Shown piece by piece: positions 1-13,060 of a stretch of 64,000 nt of DNA. Under the pieces are notes generated by a model. The model saw nothing but the letters and a program-made list of their open reading frames with translations. It ran no database searches and was not told the origin of the DNA. Position numbers and translations under genes: made by a program. Source of the DNA: Macrostomum lignano (taxonomy: Eukaryota); assembly GCA_002269645.1 (NCBI GenBank), contig NIVC01002250.1:1-64000 (forward strand), in the 5' to 3' direction. Each line of letters begins with the position of its first letter. Position 1 is the first letter of the stretch.

Positions 1-257
1 GTTAAGCTAATATGCTCGTAGTTTTTCTTCACAGATTTTGTTTATCGAAAAAGCGCCACTTCCAAGTTAAAGGAGGTCCAAGCTGGTCGAAGCTTACTCC
101 CAGAACGAATTCCACTTGATAGAGTGATTGACATCGCTTAGCCTTGGTTTAAACTGTTGAGCTGTGATACTGTCTTTCACTTTTTACTTCCGTTTTCATG
201 AGTTTTTGTTCGATGATCTAATGTTTTTCATTTGTTGCCAACCAAAAACATCTGCAG

Positions 258-370
258 AATCCTCGTGCGAGTCCACCAGCGATGCGGGAGCGAAGTTCGA
301 TGCCAGCTGGAGGAGAAGCAGCGTGCAGCTCAACAGGCCGCAGGAGCAGAAGACTGGCAGTAGGATTAAG
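258..370 (+). CDS. RasGAP (SynGAP/DAB2IP/RASAL2 family), first exon identifiable in the window; the 5' exons are probably outside it
   Basis: CTGCAG acceptor and AAG|GTGAGT donor. Reads ESSCESTSDAGAKFDASWRRSSVQLNRPQEQKTGSRIK and ends in phase 0, matching the exon at 897. Confidence 0.65.
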
Positions 371-417
371 GTGAGTTTGGCTAATGTGTCTGTTAGTTTG
401 GCTAATATGTGTGAGTT

Positions 418-722
418 CTGCTAATGCCTCAGTCAGTTTGGCTAATGCCTCAGTCAGTTTGGCTAATGCCTCAGTCAGTTTGGCTAATGCCTCAGTCAGT
501 TTGGCTAATGCCTCAGTCAGTTTGGCTAATGCCTCAGTCAGTTTGGCTAATGCCTCAGTCAGTTTGGCTAATGCCTCAGTCAGTTTGGCTAATGCCTCAG
601 TCAGTTTGGCTAATGCCTCAGTCAGTTTGGCTAATGCCTCAGTCAGTTTGGCTAATGCCTCAGTCAGTTTGGCTAATGCCTCAGTCAGTTTGGCTAATGC
701 CTCAGTCAGTTTGGCTAATGCC
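418..722. repeat. 21-bp intronic minisatellite (CAGTTTGGCTAATGCCTCAGT)n
   Basis: About 14 near-perfect copies, read directly. Confidence 0.95.
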
Positions 723-896
723 TTAATGCAATTTATATAAAACCCAGGGTTAAAATCTTATGTCATTACGCATTAATACATCAGAGTCTACTGCCAGTAG
801 GGTAGTGGGGCTTCGATATCGGGTATTGCTGTACTATAGTCATTTCGCAGCAGCAACAACGCCCTAAACAGAGCTCTGTGCATTTGCACTTTTCAG

Positions 897-1141
897 AACC
901 TGTTTCGCGGCATCAGCATGAAGAGAACAAAGAGTGCAACCAAGCTCAATGAGGCTCGTCACAGGGTTGCTAACCAGCCAATGGCGGTGCAGCAGCAGCA
1001 GCCGCCGCAGGCGCAACCGCAACATCCCGCGATAGTTCCCGGCATGCGTCAGGATTTTTCTGATAGCTTTCTAAGCGGAGGCTATTATGGTTATCAGGGC
1101 TATCCAGTTTCGCAGCAGCAGCTTCATCAGTACCAGCTCAT

Positions 1142-1176
<35 letters not shown>

Positions 1177-1213
1177 CGGCTGCATTCTATCTGGACAATG
1201 GAGTCGACATGTC
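897..1213 (+). CDS. RasGAP exon with KRTKS motif and poly-Q
   Basis: TTTCAG acceptor, GTGAGT donor. NLFRGISMKRTKSATKLN resembles the KRTKSQPKL motif of SynGAP/DAB2IP. Phase 0 to 2. Confidence 0.8.
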
Positions 1214-1486
1214 GTGAGTTTATTTAGCATGCCGAGTGTCCCGTTTTAGTGTTAGCAGATTGATTTGTAATTGCGCGTGTTAGAAACCTGATTGATCAAT
1301 TATTTATTTTCAGTTTGATTATACATTTAAACTAATTAATAACTAATCATTATTTATGGCTGCTTAATAATAATATTTGCATAACCCCGACTGCCCGGCA
1401 TGCTATAATCTGAGGATTAGTATTAGCATTAAAAGTTACCGCATGACTGGGATGCCTGTGCAGCAGTGCAGAATTGCTAATTTCAG

Positions 1487-1855
1487 CGGTGGCAGCAGCA
1501 GCAACAGCAGCAGCAGCAGGCCAGCCCAGCTGCAGATGCGCCGCTCACTCAGTGCAGGCCGGCTGAGTCGCAACCAGGCCCTGATGGCTGAGCACCAGCG
1601 GAGGCTGCAGCAATTGCAGCAGCAGCAGCAGCAGCAGGAGCAGCAAGATCGCAGGCGCTACCCTCAGCCTGGAGCTGGACGCCGCCTCATCAGCAGCTGC
1701 ATGCCAATTGGCGTGGCCAACGCTAACGACGATTCTGACGACGCCGACTCTCAGCGGGAGGACACCGAGAATTTTATTATTAATAATAATATTAATCATA
1801 TGGCGGTTGGCAACCGCTGTTTTGTGGAAATTGCTGCCGGGCAGGCGGCGCAAGA
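1487..1855 (+). CDS. RasGAP exon, low-complexity Ser/Gln-rich linker
   Basis: TTTCAG acceptor, GA|GTGAGT donor, open frame, phase 2 to 2, joining both neighbours in frame. Confidence 0.7.
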
Positions 1856-1989
1856 GTGAGTGCTGATGATGATTGGGCCCGCTGCTTAGCTCTGCTTTCG
1901 CTTGCCTGCTCTAACCTATGCTTGTGTGACCACTTTTTATTTCTAACACTGCCGCTAACTGGATAACTGGTTTGCACTGGACCCTGGTC

Positions 1990-4460
1990 TGTTGCTCTCC
2001 CTTCTCTCCCTTCTCTCTCCCTTCTCTCTCCATTCTCTCTCTTCTCTCTCCCTTCTCTCTCCCTTCTCTCTCCATTCTCTCCCTTCTCTCTCCCTTCTCT
2101 CCCTTCTCTCCTCCCTTCTCTCCATTCTCTCCCTTCTCTCCTTCTCTCCCTTCTTTCCCTTCTCTCTCTTCTCTCTCCCTTCTCTCTCCCTTCTCTCTCC
2201 CTTCTCTCCCTTCTCTCCTCCCTTCTCTCCATTCTCTCCCTTCTCTCCCTTCTCTCCCTTCTTTCCCTTCTCTCTCTTCTCTCTCCCTTCTCTCTCCCTT
2301 CTCTCTCCCTTCTCTCCCTTCTCTCCTCCCTTCTCTCCATTCTCTCCCTTCTCTCCCTTGTCTCCCTTCTCTAAACAGTTAATTAATTTACTCTCTCCTA
2401 AAACTCTATTGTCTGCCTCCCTTATTTCATTCTTCATCAAAACACGTTTTCTTCAAAAGGTTCAATTGTTACTACTTTTCACTAGTAGCCATTAGCAGCT
2501 ATTTTAATTTTAGCATCACCACCCTAAGCAGCACTTGCATCAAAATCGGCCCGCGCCATCGCAATTTGCGCCCATCCGGCTTCTGCCCATCTCCGTTGCA
2601 TCTGCCCCTGCCTTCCCTCATTTCCCCAGCTGTTGTTTTTTAGCACTTCTTTGCTTCTTTGTATTTGTTTTTGCAATTTATTTTTTTCTCTCGCTGACAA
2701 GGGCCGTCCGCATGCCTGTGTCACTGTTGCGTGACCTGCAGCTGCCACTGCATCCCCTGCTCTGACCAGCGCGTCTTGCCTCCTCTCCCCCCCTCTTCCC
2801 CTTCTCCCTGTCACCTTCCTTTGTCTCTCTCTCTCCCCCCTCTCCTTCTCCTTATCTCCCTCTCCCTCTCTTTATCTCCTTCTCCCTCTCTTTATCTCCC
2901 TCTACATCACACCACTACCCTCATACGTACAAAAGCCAACTGTGCAACTCCTTCCAAACATCTCCCTCTCCTTATCTCCCTCTCCCTCTCCTTATCTCCC
3001 TCTTATCTCTCTCATTCTCTGCACCCTCCCTGACCCGTCCCTGTCTCCTCTGTCCCCTCCTTTCATCTGTCTCCACCTTTCCTACTTCGTAATCTCTTCC
3101 GTGATCGCCCATTTTCTGTCTTCAATTTTTTTCTTCTGTCGGTTCTTCAAATTAAAATCTTCTTTTAGGCCGCCTTCACCACCCAGTGGGAGCTGTCCTG
3201 CTGCTCAATCAATCAGTGCTTGTCTTATTTTGATTTATAAATCTCTGCGATTTTGCCTAAAGGCAAGAGAAAAACCAGCTTCTCGAACGTTCGAAGCTTT
3301 CTTCTGGCTGAAGAAAACACAGAGAATCAGCCCTAGCTCTCCCAGTCCCATGGGGAACCAATGAGGGCCCCGGGGCCGGTTAGCAACTGCAAGAGCTGCT
3401 TTCTCTCTTCTCACCCCCTTCCCCTCTAAATCTCTTATTTTCCCTGCTCCAGTTGAATTTCTTATCAGCCGGGCTCGGGCGGGGCAAGTCGTATTTCTCT
3501 GCCAGTGCCAGCAGTCTGTCTCTGTCTGTGTGGGCTTGGGAAGCCGGCATGCATTGTTCCCGCTGTGCCAGCAGGCTTATTCCTGTTAAACACCGCTGCT
3601 TATGCACACCTGGATAGGCCGACTTATTGCCTGGTGAGTGACCGGTCTGCGATAGTCTGTGGTATAGTAACGAAGCTTAGTATTTGGCCTATGTCAGAGT
3701 GCTGTAGTGCTCTCCTTAGTGTCTCTCCTTGGTGCCTCACCTATTCCCCTCTCTCCGTTCCCCTGATCTCCCTCTCTCCTCATCTGTTCCCCCTGATCTC
3801 CCCTATCCCATCTCTTATTTGTTCCCCCTGATCTCCCCTCTCTCCTCTCATCTGTTTCCCCTGATCTCCACTCTCCCCACATCTGTCCCCCCTGATCTCC
3901 CCTATCCCATCTCTCATCTGTTCCCCCTGATCTCCACTCTCTCCTCATCTGTCCCCCCTGATCTCCCCTATCCCATCTCTCATCTGTTCCCCCTGATCTC
4001 CCCTATCCCATCTCTCATCTGTTCCCCCTGATCTCCCGTATCCCATCTCTCATCTGTTCCCCCTGATCTCCCCTCTCTTCTCTCATCTGTTTCCCCTGAT
4101 CTCCACTCTCTCCTCTCATCTGTTTCCCCTGATCTCCCCTCTCTCCTCTCATCTGTTCCCCTGATCTCCCCTCTCTCCTCTCATCTGTTCCCCCTGATCT
4201 CCCCTCTCTCCTCTCATCTGTTCCCCTGATCTCCCCTATCCCATCTCTCATCTGTCCCCCTGATCTCCCCTCTCTCCTCTCATCTGTTTCCCCTGATCTC
4301 CACTCTCCCCACATCTGTCCCCCCTGATCTCCCCTCTCTCCTCTCATCTGTTTCCCCTGATCTCTACTCTCCCCACATCTGTCCCCCCTGATCTCCCTTC
4401 TCCCATTTCTCATCTGTTCCCCCTGATCTCCCCTCTTTCCTCTTTCATCTGTTCCCAACT
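1990..4460. repeat. Three CT-rich low-complexity/minisatellite tracts (~1990-2370, ~2780-3060, ~3730-4460)
   Basis: CCTTCTCTCC-type and CTCATCTGTTCCCCCTGATCTCCC-type units separated by unique sequence. Confidence 0.85.
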
Positions 4461-4951
4461 AACCTCGCATCTTTTCTCTTCAGATCCTTCCACATCTTTA
4501 TTTTAGCCCTTTGTCTCCCCGCTTCTCTCTTCTCATTTACCTTATTAAAAAGTTTTAAACTTTAGCGTGACCCACATTGTATCCTTACGATTTTGCGCAC
4601 TCGTAGATCTGCTGGTCAGCGCCATCTCCGCTTTCGTTACCCACGTTATTTTTTTGGCAATTCGAACCAACTGTAAATAATTTAGCAGCGACAGCAGTGT
4701 CCATTATAAAGTGTTTTATTGCGATATACTCGCATGCTCTTTTCTTTAGCATATTCTGCTCAAGAAGAAGATGTACTTTACTGTACTGAAGGCAGACTGG
4801 CTAAGTTTATGAGCGGGTCTCGGGCGGGGCTGATTATGCCGTGCCAATCTATCATGCCCGCCGCCAAATTAATTTTTGGCTTGGTGGGGTCTGCCGAGTG
4901 CGGCCGTCTGGGCTGGTCTAGGGATGCCTGGATGTCTGAGGCTATGTCTTA

Positions 4952-5460
<509 letters not shown>

Positions 5461-6129
5461 CCTGTCTCACCAATTAGATCTGTCTGTCTCAATCCATCTA
5501 TTATTTATCCCTCAGCTTAATCCCCACTTCAGCACGGGTGGATAGTATTTGGGAACCCACGAGTGTGACGATTCGTGCGAATATTGCCAGCTCAGGTAAT
5601 AATTGCGTGAAGACTCCCGGGGGGAGGGGCAAGCTAGTTCCTCGCCTCAGGGATTAAGGACAGGCTCGGATTAAGAGTAAAAGACGAATAAAATTGCATG
5701 GGTAGGAGAAGAGACGAGAAATCCGCGCTCCTGTTTCTGAATTAATTGACCCGGCCGCAGCTTCTTCGCTGACCTCTATCGGCAGAGTAGAGACGGGCAA
5801 CGAGTCAGGAAAACCACCTTGCTTAAGGGCGGAGTGAGGGACTGAAAGGCAAAGAAAATGATGTTCGTATCAAAGGTTTTCAATGTGGAAATGTTTAATA
5901 TTGTATTTAAATTTGTCGACAAGATCTGTGCCATTATTAAGGCAATGATTATTAAGGAGAATCCCGCCGCCTGTTTCATCCCTTTAATCTGATTGGCTAG
6001 GCGCTCGTCTACTGCTACGTATATGTATTTCCTATCTATCCCTTATCTCGATTTTAATTGGCTAGACGTTTTTCTACTGCTACGTCTCTGTACTTCCTCT
6101 CTACCTCTTATGTCTATTCTAGTTGGATA

Positions 6130-6830
6130 GGCGCTTTTTTACTGCTTCGTCTATGTACTTCCTCTCTACCTCTTATCTCGATTCTAATTGGCTAGGCGCT
6201 TTTCTACCTACTGCTTCGTCTCTGTACTTCCTCTCTACCCCTTATCTCGATTCTAATTGGCTAGGCGCTTTTCTACCTACTGCTTCGTCTCTGTACTTCC
6301 TCTCTACCCCTTATCTCGATTCTAATTGGCTAGGCGCTTTTCTACCTACTGCTTCGTCTCTGTACTTCCTCTCTACCCCTTATCTCGATTCTAATTGGCT
6401 AGGCGCTTTTCTACCTACTGCTTCGTCTCTGTACTTCCTCTCTACCCCTTATCTCGATTCTAATTGGCTAGGCGCTTTTCTACCTACTGCTTCGTCTCTG
6501 TACTTCCTCTCTACCCCTTATCTCGATTCTAATTGGCTAGGCGCTTTTCTACCTACTGCTTCGTCTTTGTACTTCCTCTCTACCCCTTATCTCGATTCTA
6601 ATTGGCTAGGCGCTTTTCTACCTACTGCTTCGTCTCTGTACTTCCTCTCTACCCCTTATCTCGATTCTAATTGGCTAGGCGCTTTTCTACCTACTGCTTC
6701 GTCTCTGTACTTCCTCTCTACCCCTTATCTCGATTCTAATTGGCTAGGCGCTTTTCTACCTACTGCTTCGTCTCTGTACATCCTCTCTACCGCTTGTCTC
6801 GATTCTATTTGGCTAGGCGCTGTTTTACTA
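6130..6830. repeat. 69-bp intronic minisatellite, about 9-10 copies
   Basis: Unit translates as a 23-aa repeat (LYFLSTPYLDSNWLGAFLPTASS) in the ORF track. Confidence 0.93.
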
Positions 6831-6992
6831 TTTCGTCTCAGCTTCTTCTCTATCCCCATCTGAATTTTTATTGGCTTTGAAACCCACCTCTTTATTTCAG
6901 ATTTTCAACGGTTTCTATTTTTAATGTTTCATTACTAAACCTTCCCCAAATAATAATTCACTATTTTATCTTCTTTGTCATTCCAATTCCAG

Positions 6993-7253
6993 CGGCGGCT
7001 TGAGGCCGGCACAGTCGCACGAATCTCTGCTGATGTCACCGGCTGGTCCTCAGCAGCAGCAGCCGCCGCAGTCACAACAGGCGCCGCAGCCGCTGCCAAT
7101 GGGTCCGAGCACTGAAGTGCGCGGCCTGCATCAGTCGCTGATGCCCGGCCTTCCAGTCGGCTCGGCGTCGTTTGCCATCTCCAACAATCCGGACAGGGTC
7201 AACCGGTACTTCGCTGCCCAGTCTCAGGAGGAGGCCAGGCGGTGGCAGGATGG
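6993..7253 (+). CDS. RasGAP exon, PH-domain segment
   Basis: LRPAQSHESLLMSP matches the family SHESLLSP motif. YFAAQSQEEARRW matches the PH C-terminal helix (CFACRSAAERDKW). AG/GT bounded, phase 2 to 2. Confidence 0.88.
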
Positions 7254-7274
7254 GTGAGTGGCGCAGATCCTCCG

Positions 7275-7550
7275 CGATTCATGGACTACGAAATCTAAGT
7301 CCCGTATTGCAGACTGCGAAATACAAATCCCAACTTCATGGACTACGAAATCAAGATGGCCCCAAATTCATGGACTGCGAAATCAAGATGGTCCAAAATT
7401 CATTGACTACGAAATTGAGACGGTCCAAAATTCATGGACTACGAAATCTAGATGGTCCAAAATTCATTGACTACGAAATTGAGACGGTCCTAAATTCATG
7501 GACTACGAAATCTAGATGGTTCTAAATTCATGGACTACGAAATCTAGAAT
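7275..7550. repeat. ~31-bp degenerate minisatellite (AAATTCATGGACTACGAAATCTAGATGGTCC)
   Basis: Read directly; fills most of intron 7254-7659. Confidence 0.85.
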
Positions 7551-7659
7551 TCTATACCCAGGCCCTCTTCTAAAAGCATCCATGCAACTTCTGTAGCTAT
7601 TAAATATGAAGTTTAGTGATTTAACTTTAGAAATGGACACAAAACCCTGCAACACGCAG

Positions 7660-7761
7660 ACTTCGAAAGGTGTCTCGTCCGGATCTGGAGAACACCCGGC
7701 ACCGGGAGAACTCTCTCAAACTGTGGATATTTGAGGCCAAGCGGCTGCAATCGAAGAAAAG
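7660..7761 (+). CDS. RasGAP exon, PH/C2 boundary
   Basis: 102 nt, LRKVSRPDLENTRHRENSLKLWIFEAKRLQSKK, comparable to SynGAP [23 protein letters not shown]. CAG and GTGAGT boundaries. Confidence 0.9.
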
Positions 7762-7842
7762 GTGAGTCAATCTGGACGAAATAACATTTGCGGTCGAGTC
7801 TAGGATGTTTCCTAGAATGCAACTGCCTCTCCAATCATGCAG

Positions 7843-7947
7843 CTATTTCTGCGAGATCAGCCTCAACCAGGTGCTGTACGCTCGGACTAGCAATAAAGAG
7901 AAAACTAGCGACTCGGATCCGTTCTGGGGCGAAGCGTTCGAGTTCAG
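7843..7947 (+). CDS. RasGAP exon, C2 domain
   Basis: 105 nt, YFCEISLNQVLYARTSNKEKTSDSDPFWGEAFEF, comparable to YYCELCLDDMLYARTTSK...FWGEHFEF. Phase 2 to 2. Confidence 0.9.
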
Positions 7948-8169
7948 GTGCGTTTCTCGCTTGAGCTGTAATCACTTCGCGTAAATCCTGATTAGCGATT
8001 TTGTCCTTTTTTATCAGTAGAAAAATGGATAGGATTATCCACGGAGGCATTTCCAATCGATATTCTCCAAATAAATTCCTTATTGAAATTTCCCAAAATA
8101 AGTTCTCAATGAAATTTATTCCCCATGAAGATTCCATACGCGATTAACCGCAAGTGATTTTCTTCAGGA

Positions 8170-9300
8170 ATTCCCCATATAGATTCTCCGCGGGGATTCC
8201 CCATATAGATTTCCGCAGGGATTCCCTAAATAAACTCCACAGGGATTCCCCAAAGAAACTCCACTTGACTTACTGACTTAGCTGCAGGGGGCTCCGTGCG
8301 TCCGGAAACAGCGAGGAGGCGTTGCCGCCCATTTCGCTAACCCCTGGCGACCACGGGCAGTTAGTGCTGCGGTGTCGCGCAGGGAGTTCCGGTGGCGCCG
8401 GCGTCCGCAGCGCGGTCCCCCTCCGGAGAGTCCAGGAGGTGGATTGTCGCTCGCCCGGTAGCCCTTAGGTAGCGGACTAGCTGGCAAAGATTCTCGGGCC
8501 TGAAAACGTCGGAGAGGTCCGGGTTTGGGCCGAGGTAGGTGAGCCTGTCCTGAGTAAAGGCGGGGCATTCACAGATGAAGTGCTCCGCATTCTCGACACC
8601 GGAGAGGCAGAAAGGGCATTCCTCACTGCGGATTTTCTCCTGGAGGTAACGATGTCTGGCAAAGCAGCCATGACCCGAGAGGGCCATGGTAACCGCCCTG
8701 ATGTCCCTGCGGTTGAGTCCAAGCAGGGCCCTGCGTAGGGCGGAGGAGGGACAGGGGACAGCCGCGCGGGATTGCCGGCAGTCGGGGGCGTTAGCCCACC
8801 TCTCCCTGAGCTTAGAAGCCACCCACAAAGAAACTCCACAGGGATTCCCCAAAGAAACTCCGCAGGAATTCCCCAAATAAACTCCACAGGGATTTCCCAA
8901 AAAAAACTCCGCAGGGATTCCCCAAAAAACTCTACAGGGATTCCCCAAATAAACTCCGCAGGGATTCCCCAGATAAACTCCACAGGGATTCCCAAACAAA
9001 CTCCACAGGGATTCCCCAAATAAACTCCGCAGGAATTCCCCAAATAAACTCCACAGGGATTTCCCAAAAAAACTCCGCATGAATTCCGTAAATAAACTCC
9101 ACAAGGATTCCCCAAAGAAACTCCGCAGGAATTCCCCAAATAAACTCCACAGGGATTCCCCAAAGAAACTCAAAAAGGATTTCCAAAGGAACTCCACAGG
9201 GATTCCCATATAGATTATCCACAGGATTCCCCATATAGATTCTCCACAGGGATTCCCCATATAAATTCTCCACAGGGATTCCCCATAGAGGTTCTCCAAC
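8170..9300. repeat. ~24-bp minisatellite (AGGGATTCCCCAAATAAACTCCAC) interrupted by the LINE fragment
   Basis: Read directly. Confidence 0.9.
8265..8825 (-). mobile_element. 5'-truncated LINE fragment (I/R1/LOA-like C-terminus) inserted antisense in a RasGAP intron
   Basis: Minus-strand peptide [21 protein letters not shown]...[21 protein letters not shown] (CCHC knuckle typical of I-group LINEs), stop at 8361-8363, short AAGTCAGT-like repeat tail. Flanked by CAAAGAAACTCCAC at 8251-8264 and 8826-8839. Confidence 0.8.
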
Positions 9301-9320
9301 CTTCCTCTCAACACCCGCAG

Positions 9321-10288
9321 CAACCTACAAGACATCAGTCTGCTCACCGTGCGCGTTTTCAAGACCCAGTCTGAGCGCAAAAAGAAGCACCGTGGCCAGC
9401 AGCAGCCGCAGATTCTGCAACAGCAGCAGCAGCATCGCAAGAACCGCCTAGTTGGCGAGTTGAACATCCCCACTCACGAGATTCTCAGCCCCACGGAGCG
9501 CTGGTTCGATTTGGCGCCGGCGTCATCCTCGGTGTCGTCTAGTGGCAGCGCCGCGTCCTCGGCGCCGGCGGCCATCCGAGTGAAGGCGCGCTACCTCAGC
9601 GTTGACGTCCTGCCGTTGGCCTGGTACTCCGGCCTGCACGACTGCCTGCTGCGCGACCACTGCCTTCTGGCCGCCTGCCTGGAGCCCCGCCTGCACGTCC
9701 GGGTGAAGGAGGACCTGGCCAGCTGCCTGGTGGCGCTGGCGCACCGGCGCGGCCGAGCGCACAGTCTGGTAGCCGATCTGGTGTTGCAGGAGCTCGAACC
9801 CGCGACTGGCCCGGCCGGTGCAATCGCTGGCATAGATTTCCGCGGCAACTCCCTAGCAACTAAGAGTGTTGAGCACTATCTGCGCCTGGTGGGCTCTCGC
9901 TACCTTCGCCAGGTGCTGTCGGAGCCGCTGTCGATGTTGCTACGGTCGGGCGATTGCTGCGAAGTTGACCCGCTGAAGGTGTCCGGCCCTGCCGAGCTGG
10001 CCGCGAACCAGCGCTCCCTTTGCCTGTTCGCCGAGCTGTTCTGGTCCCGGGTGGCCTCCTCGTTGGACCGCCTGCCGTCTGATATTCGCCGCCTGTTTGC
10101 CTACATTCGGCAGCGTCAGCGGCGTCAGCAGATGTGCGACACCTTGGTGAGCGCCGGCTTTTTCCTTCGGTTCGTCTGCCCGGCCATACTCGGCCCATCG
10201 CTGTTCGGCCTGTGCCAGGAGCTGCCCGGGCCCAGGGCTGCCAGGGCGCTGACTCTCATTGCCAAGACTGTGCAGAACCTGGCCAATG
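9321..10288 (+). CDS. RasGAP exon, end of C2 plus catalytic RasGAP domain
   Basis: Contains the arginine-finger motif FRGNSLATK and the signature [15 protein letters not shown]...[13 protein letters not shown]. Donor G|GTGGGT in phase 1 fits the next exon. Confidence 0.92.
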
Positions 10289-10304
10289 GTGGGTTGCCGT
10301 TTTG

Positions 10305-10630
10305 TCTGTCACTCCCAGTGTCTAATTGTTGTCTGTCACTCCAGTGTCTGTTGTCTGTCACTCCAGTGTCTTTGTTGTCTGTCACTCCAGTGTGGTAAGT
10401 GTGTCACTCCAGTGTCTGTTGTCTGTCACTCCAGTGTCTGTTGTCTGTTACTCCAGTGTCTGTTGTCTGTCACTCCAGTGTCTGTTGTCTGTCACTCCAG
10501 TGTCTGTTGTCTGTCACTCCAGTGTCTGTTGTCTGTCACTCCAGTGTGGTAAGTGTGTCACTCCAGTGTCTCCATCTGTCACGCCAACGTCTCCATCTGT
10601 CACTCCAACGTCTCCATCTGTCACTCCAGC
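10305..10630. repeat. ~22-bp minisatellite (GTCTGTTGTCTGTCACTCCAGT)
   Basis: Read directly; lies in intron 10289-10751. Confidence 0.88.
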
Positions 10631-10751
10631 TTCTTCTTGACACTAAGGTATTATTAACAATCTATCTAACGATAAACAATCCCCCTATAATCTAAAGCCT
10701 ATTCCACAATAATAGGATTGCAAGTTAATAAAAGTACACCACGTCCCGCAG

Positions 10752-11229
10752 GCGCCCCGTTCGGCGGCAAGGAGGCCTACATGAGCTTCATGAACCGCTT
10801 CCTGGCAGATCACGCGTCCAGTATGCGCCAGTTCGTGCGCGGGCTCACCGCCCTGCCGCCGCAGTCCCCCACGCCGCCGCCGCCGCCGGCGGCCCCGCCA
10901 CAGGCGTCTCTGTCCTCCTCCTCATCCTCGGTCGCCTCCACTGACGCGGCGTCGGCCGCCTCGGCCGTGCTTGTCGACGCCGGGTTCGAGCTGGCCCAGC
11001 TGCACTGCCTGCTGTCCGCCGCGCTCAACCAGGTGGAGCAGGCCGAGCCGGGACTGCTGGCCAGGGAGCGCTGCTTGGCCAAGGTGGCCGCTCACCTGGC
11101 CGAGGTCACCAGGTGCTTGCGGTTCAACTGCCCTCCCCAGCAGCAGCAGCAGCAGCGACCGCAGAAGCAGCAGCAGCCACCTCCAGAAGACTGGGTCTAC
11201 AGCAACGCTAACGAATACTATTCTGATTT

Positions 11230-11274
<45 letters not shown>

Positions 11275-12352
11275 ACAGGCCAGAACCAATCGAAAAGCCA
11301 ATAGTCGGCATCAACGCCCTCCACCGCCGACTGAGTCTCTGCCGCCGCCGCCTCCGCTTCCTCCGGCTGCAACAGCAGCCCAGGCCGCCGCGGCGGCGAA
11401 ATGCTCTCCAGCCAGCGTCCAGGAGGACTGGCAGCGGGTGCTGGAAGCCGCCAGAGCCGCGGCCACCACAGCTTCAACAACCGGCAGCAGCGGCTATCAG
11501 AGCTGCCGCACCGCGCCGTCCCCGGTGCAGTTTCTCAATCCCACGTATCAGAAGGCCGGCTCCGGCCACCTGCCCACCCTGCAGTCCCGCCCATCCTCGG
11601 CCAGCAGCGAAGCCGCCGCCGCTGCCGCCGCTGATATTGAAACAGCTGAAGGCGCCTACGATATCGAGGCCGACGATGAAGTCGGCATTGACGATAACGA
11701 GGCTGCTGAGGAGGACGAGGAGGAAGTGCCGGTCGCCGCTTCGCCGTCGCCCCGCTGCTCGCCGCTGCCTGCCGATGACGTCGGCGAGGAGGTCGGCGAC
11801 TGCTCCGACGAATTGATCGACGAGCAGCGGGACCGTCAGCTGGCTGTCGAGGTGGCCGCGGCCGCCGCTGCCTACCAGCGCCAGCAGCAGGCGTCGGCTA
11901 CGTCGACTTCGACGTCAACAAAAGCGTCGGCCGCGTCGACAGCCTCGGCGACGTCCTCGACTGCTGCCGGACAGCAGCAGCAGCAGCAGCCGCGAGTTCG
12001 AATGGGCGTCAGCTCCGTGTCCGCCTACCGGGAGCGGAAGCAGCAACAGCAACTGCAGCAGCAGCCTCCGCCATCCGATGACTACGAATCCGAGCTCTCG
12101 CAGCTGCACCTGGAGCTGCTGCACACCAGGCAGAGGCTGGAGGCTACCGAGGCTCGCCTAAGACTTAACGAGCAGGAGAAACTGCAGCTCATCGCCGATG
12201 CCAGACAGCGGGTTGGCGAGAGTCAAGCCGCCGCCGCCGCCTCCGCTGACCCGATAGACAGCCAACTGCAGCATCAGCAGCAGCTGCAGGCCATCCTTGA
12301 CCGGTTGAACAGCCTGGAGTGCGACGTCCGCAATGGTCAGCAGGAGTGCTGA
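10752..12352 (+). CDS. RasGAP probable last coding exon: end of GAP domain, Q/P/A/S-rich region and C-terminal coiled coil
   Basis: CGCAG acceptor in phase 1 gives QNLANGAPFGGKEAYMSFMNRFL (family NLANF..F..KE.YM.FMN.F). Coiled coil YESELSQLHLELLHTRQRLEATEARL. In-frame TGA at 12350-12352, although a donor near 12336 cannot be excluded. Confidence 0.85.
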
Positions 12353-12529
12353 CTGATCAGCATTCTCACCTGTCCTGTTGTTTTTTTTAATCTTCTGCAT
12401 GATTGTGTTTTTAAAGTCCCGAAAACTAGTTGGCGTGCAATTTGATATTTTATGATTGCCTGTTGCTTTCGGTTGCTCTGTGCGACAATTCGACCAAAAT
12501 CTGCTTGGTTGGCCTCAATTTTCCTCAAT

Positions 12530-13060
12530 AACCGACGGGATATCCCCTCAATGACCGATTAAATTCCCACTTAATAATTAATTAAACTTCCCCTCAAAAA
12601 TTAATGGGATTTCCTTCCATAGTCAGTGGGATTTCCTTCAAAATCGATTGGATTTTACCTTAAAAACCGATGGGATTTCCCTCAATAACCGATGGGATTT
12701 CCCTCAATACCCGATGGGATTTCCCTCAATACCCGATGGTATTTCCCTCAATACCCGATGGGATTTCCCTCAATAACCGATGGTATTTCCCTCAATACCC
12801 GATGGGATTTCCCTCAATAACCGATGGGATTTCCCTCAATACCCGATGGTATTTCCCTCAATACCCGATGGGATTTCCCTCAATAACCGATGGGATTTCC
12901 CTCAATACCCGATGGTATTTCCCTCAATACCCGATGGGATTTCCCTCAATAACCGATGGTCCCTTAGTAACCGATGGGATTTCCCTTAGTAACCGATGGG
13001 ATTTCCCTCAATAACCGATAGGATTTCCCTCAATAACGGATGGTATTATTCACGAAAAGG
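12530..13060. repeat. 22-bp minisatellite (CCGATGGGATTTCCCTCAATAA)
   Basis: Read directly. Confidence 0.9.

Noticed and set aside
2524-2814. Minus ORF containing VLKNNSWG, reminiscent of the papain KNSWG motif
   Set aside because: No other C1A peptidase features and no exon boundaries; it lies antisense in a RasGAP intron.
12337-12528. Minus-strand ORF (LRKIEANQADFGRIVAQSNRKQQAIIKYQ) that reads like a continuation of the RasGAP coiled coil, hinting at an inversion
   Set aside because: Similarity is compositional only, no inversion breakpoints are visible, and it grades into the 22-bp minisatellite.
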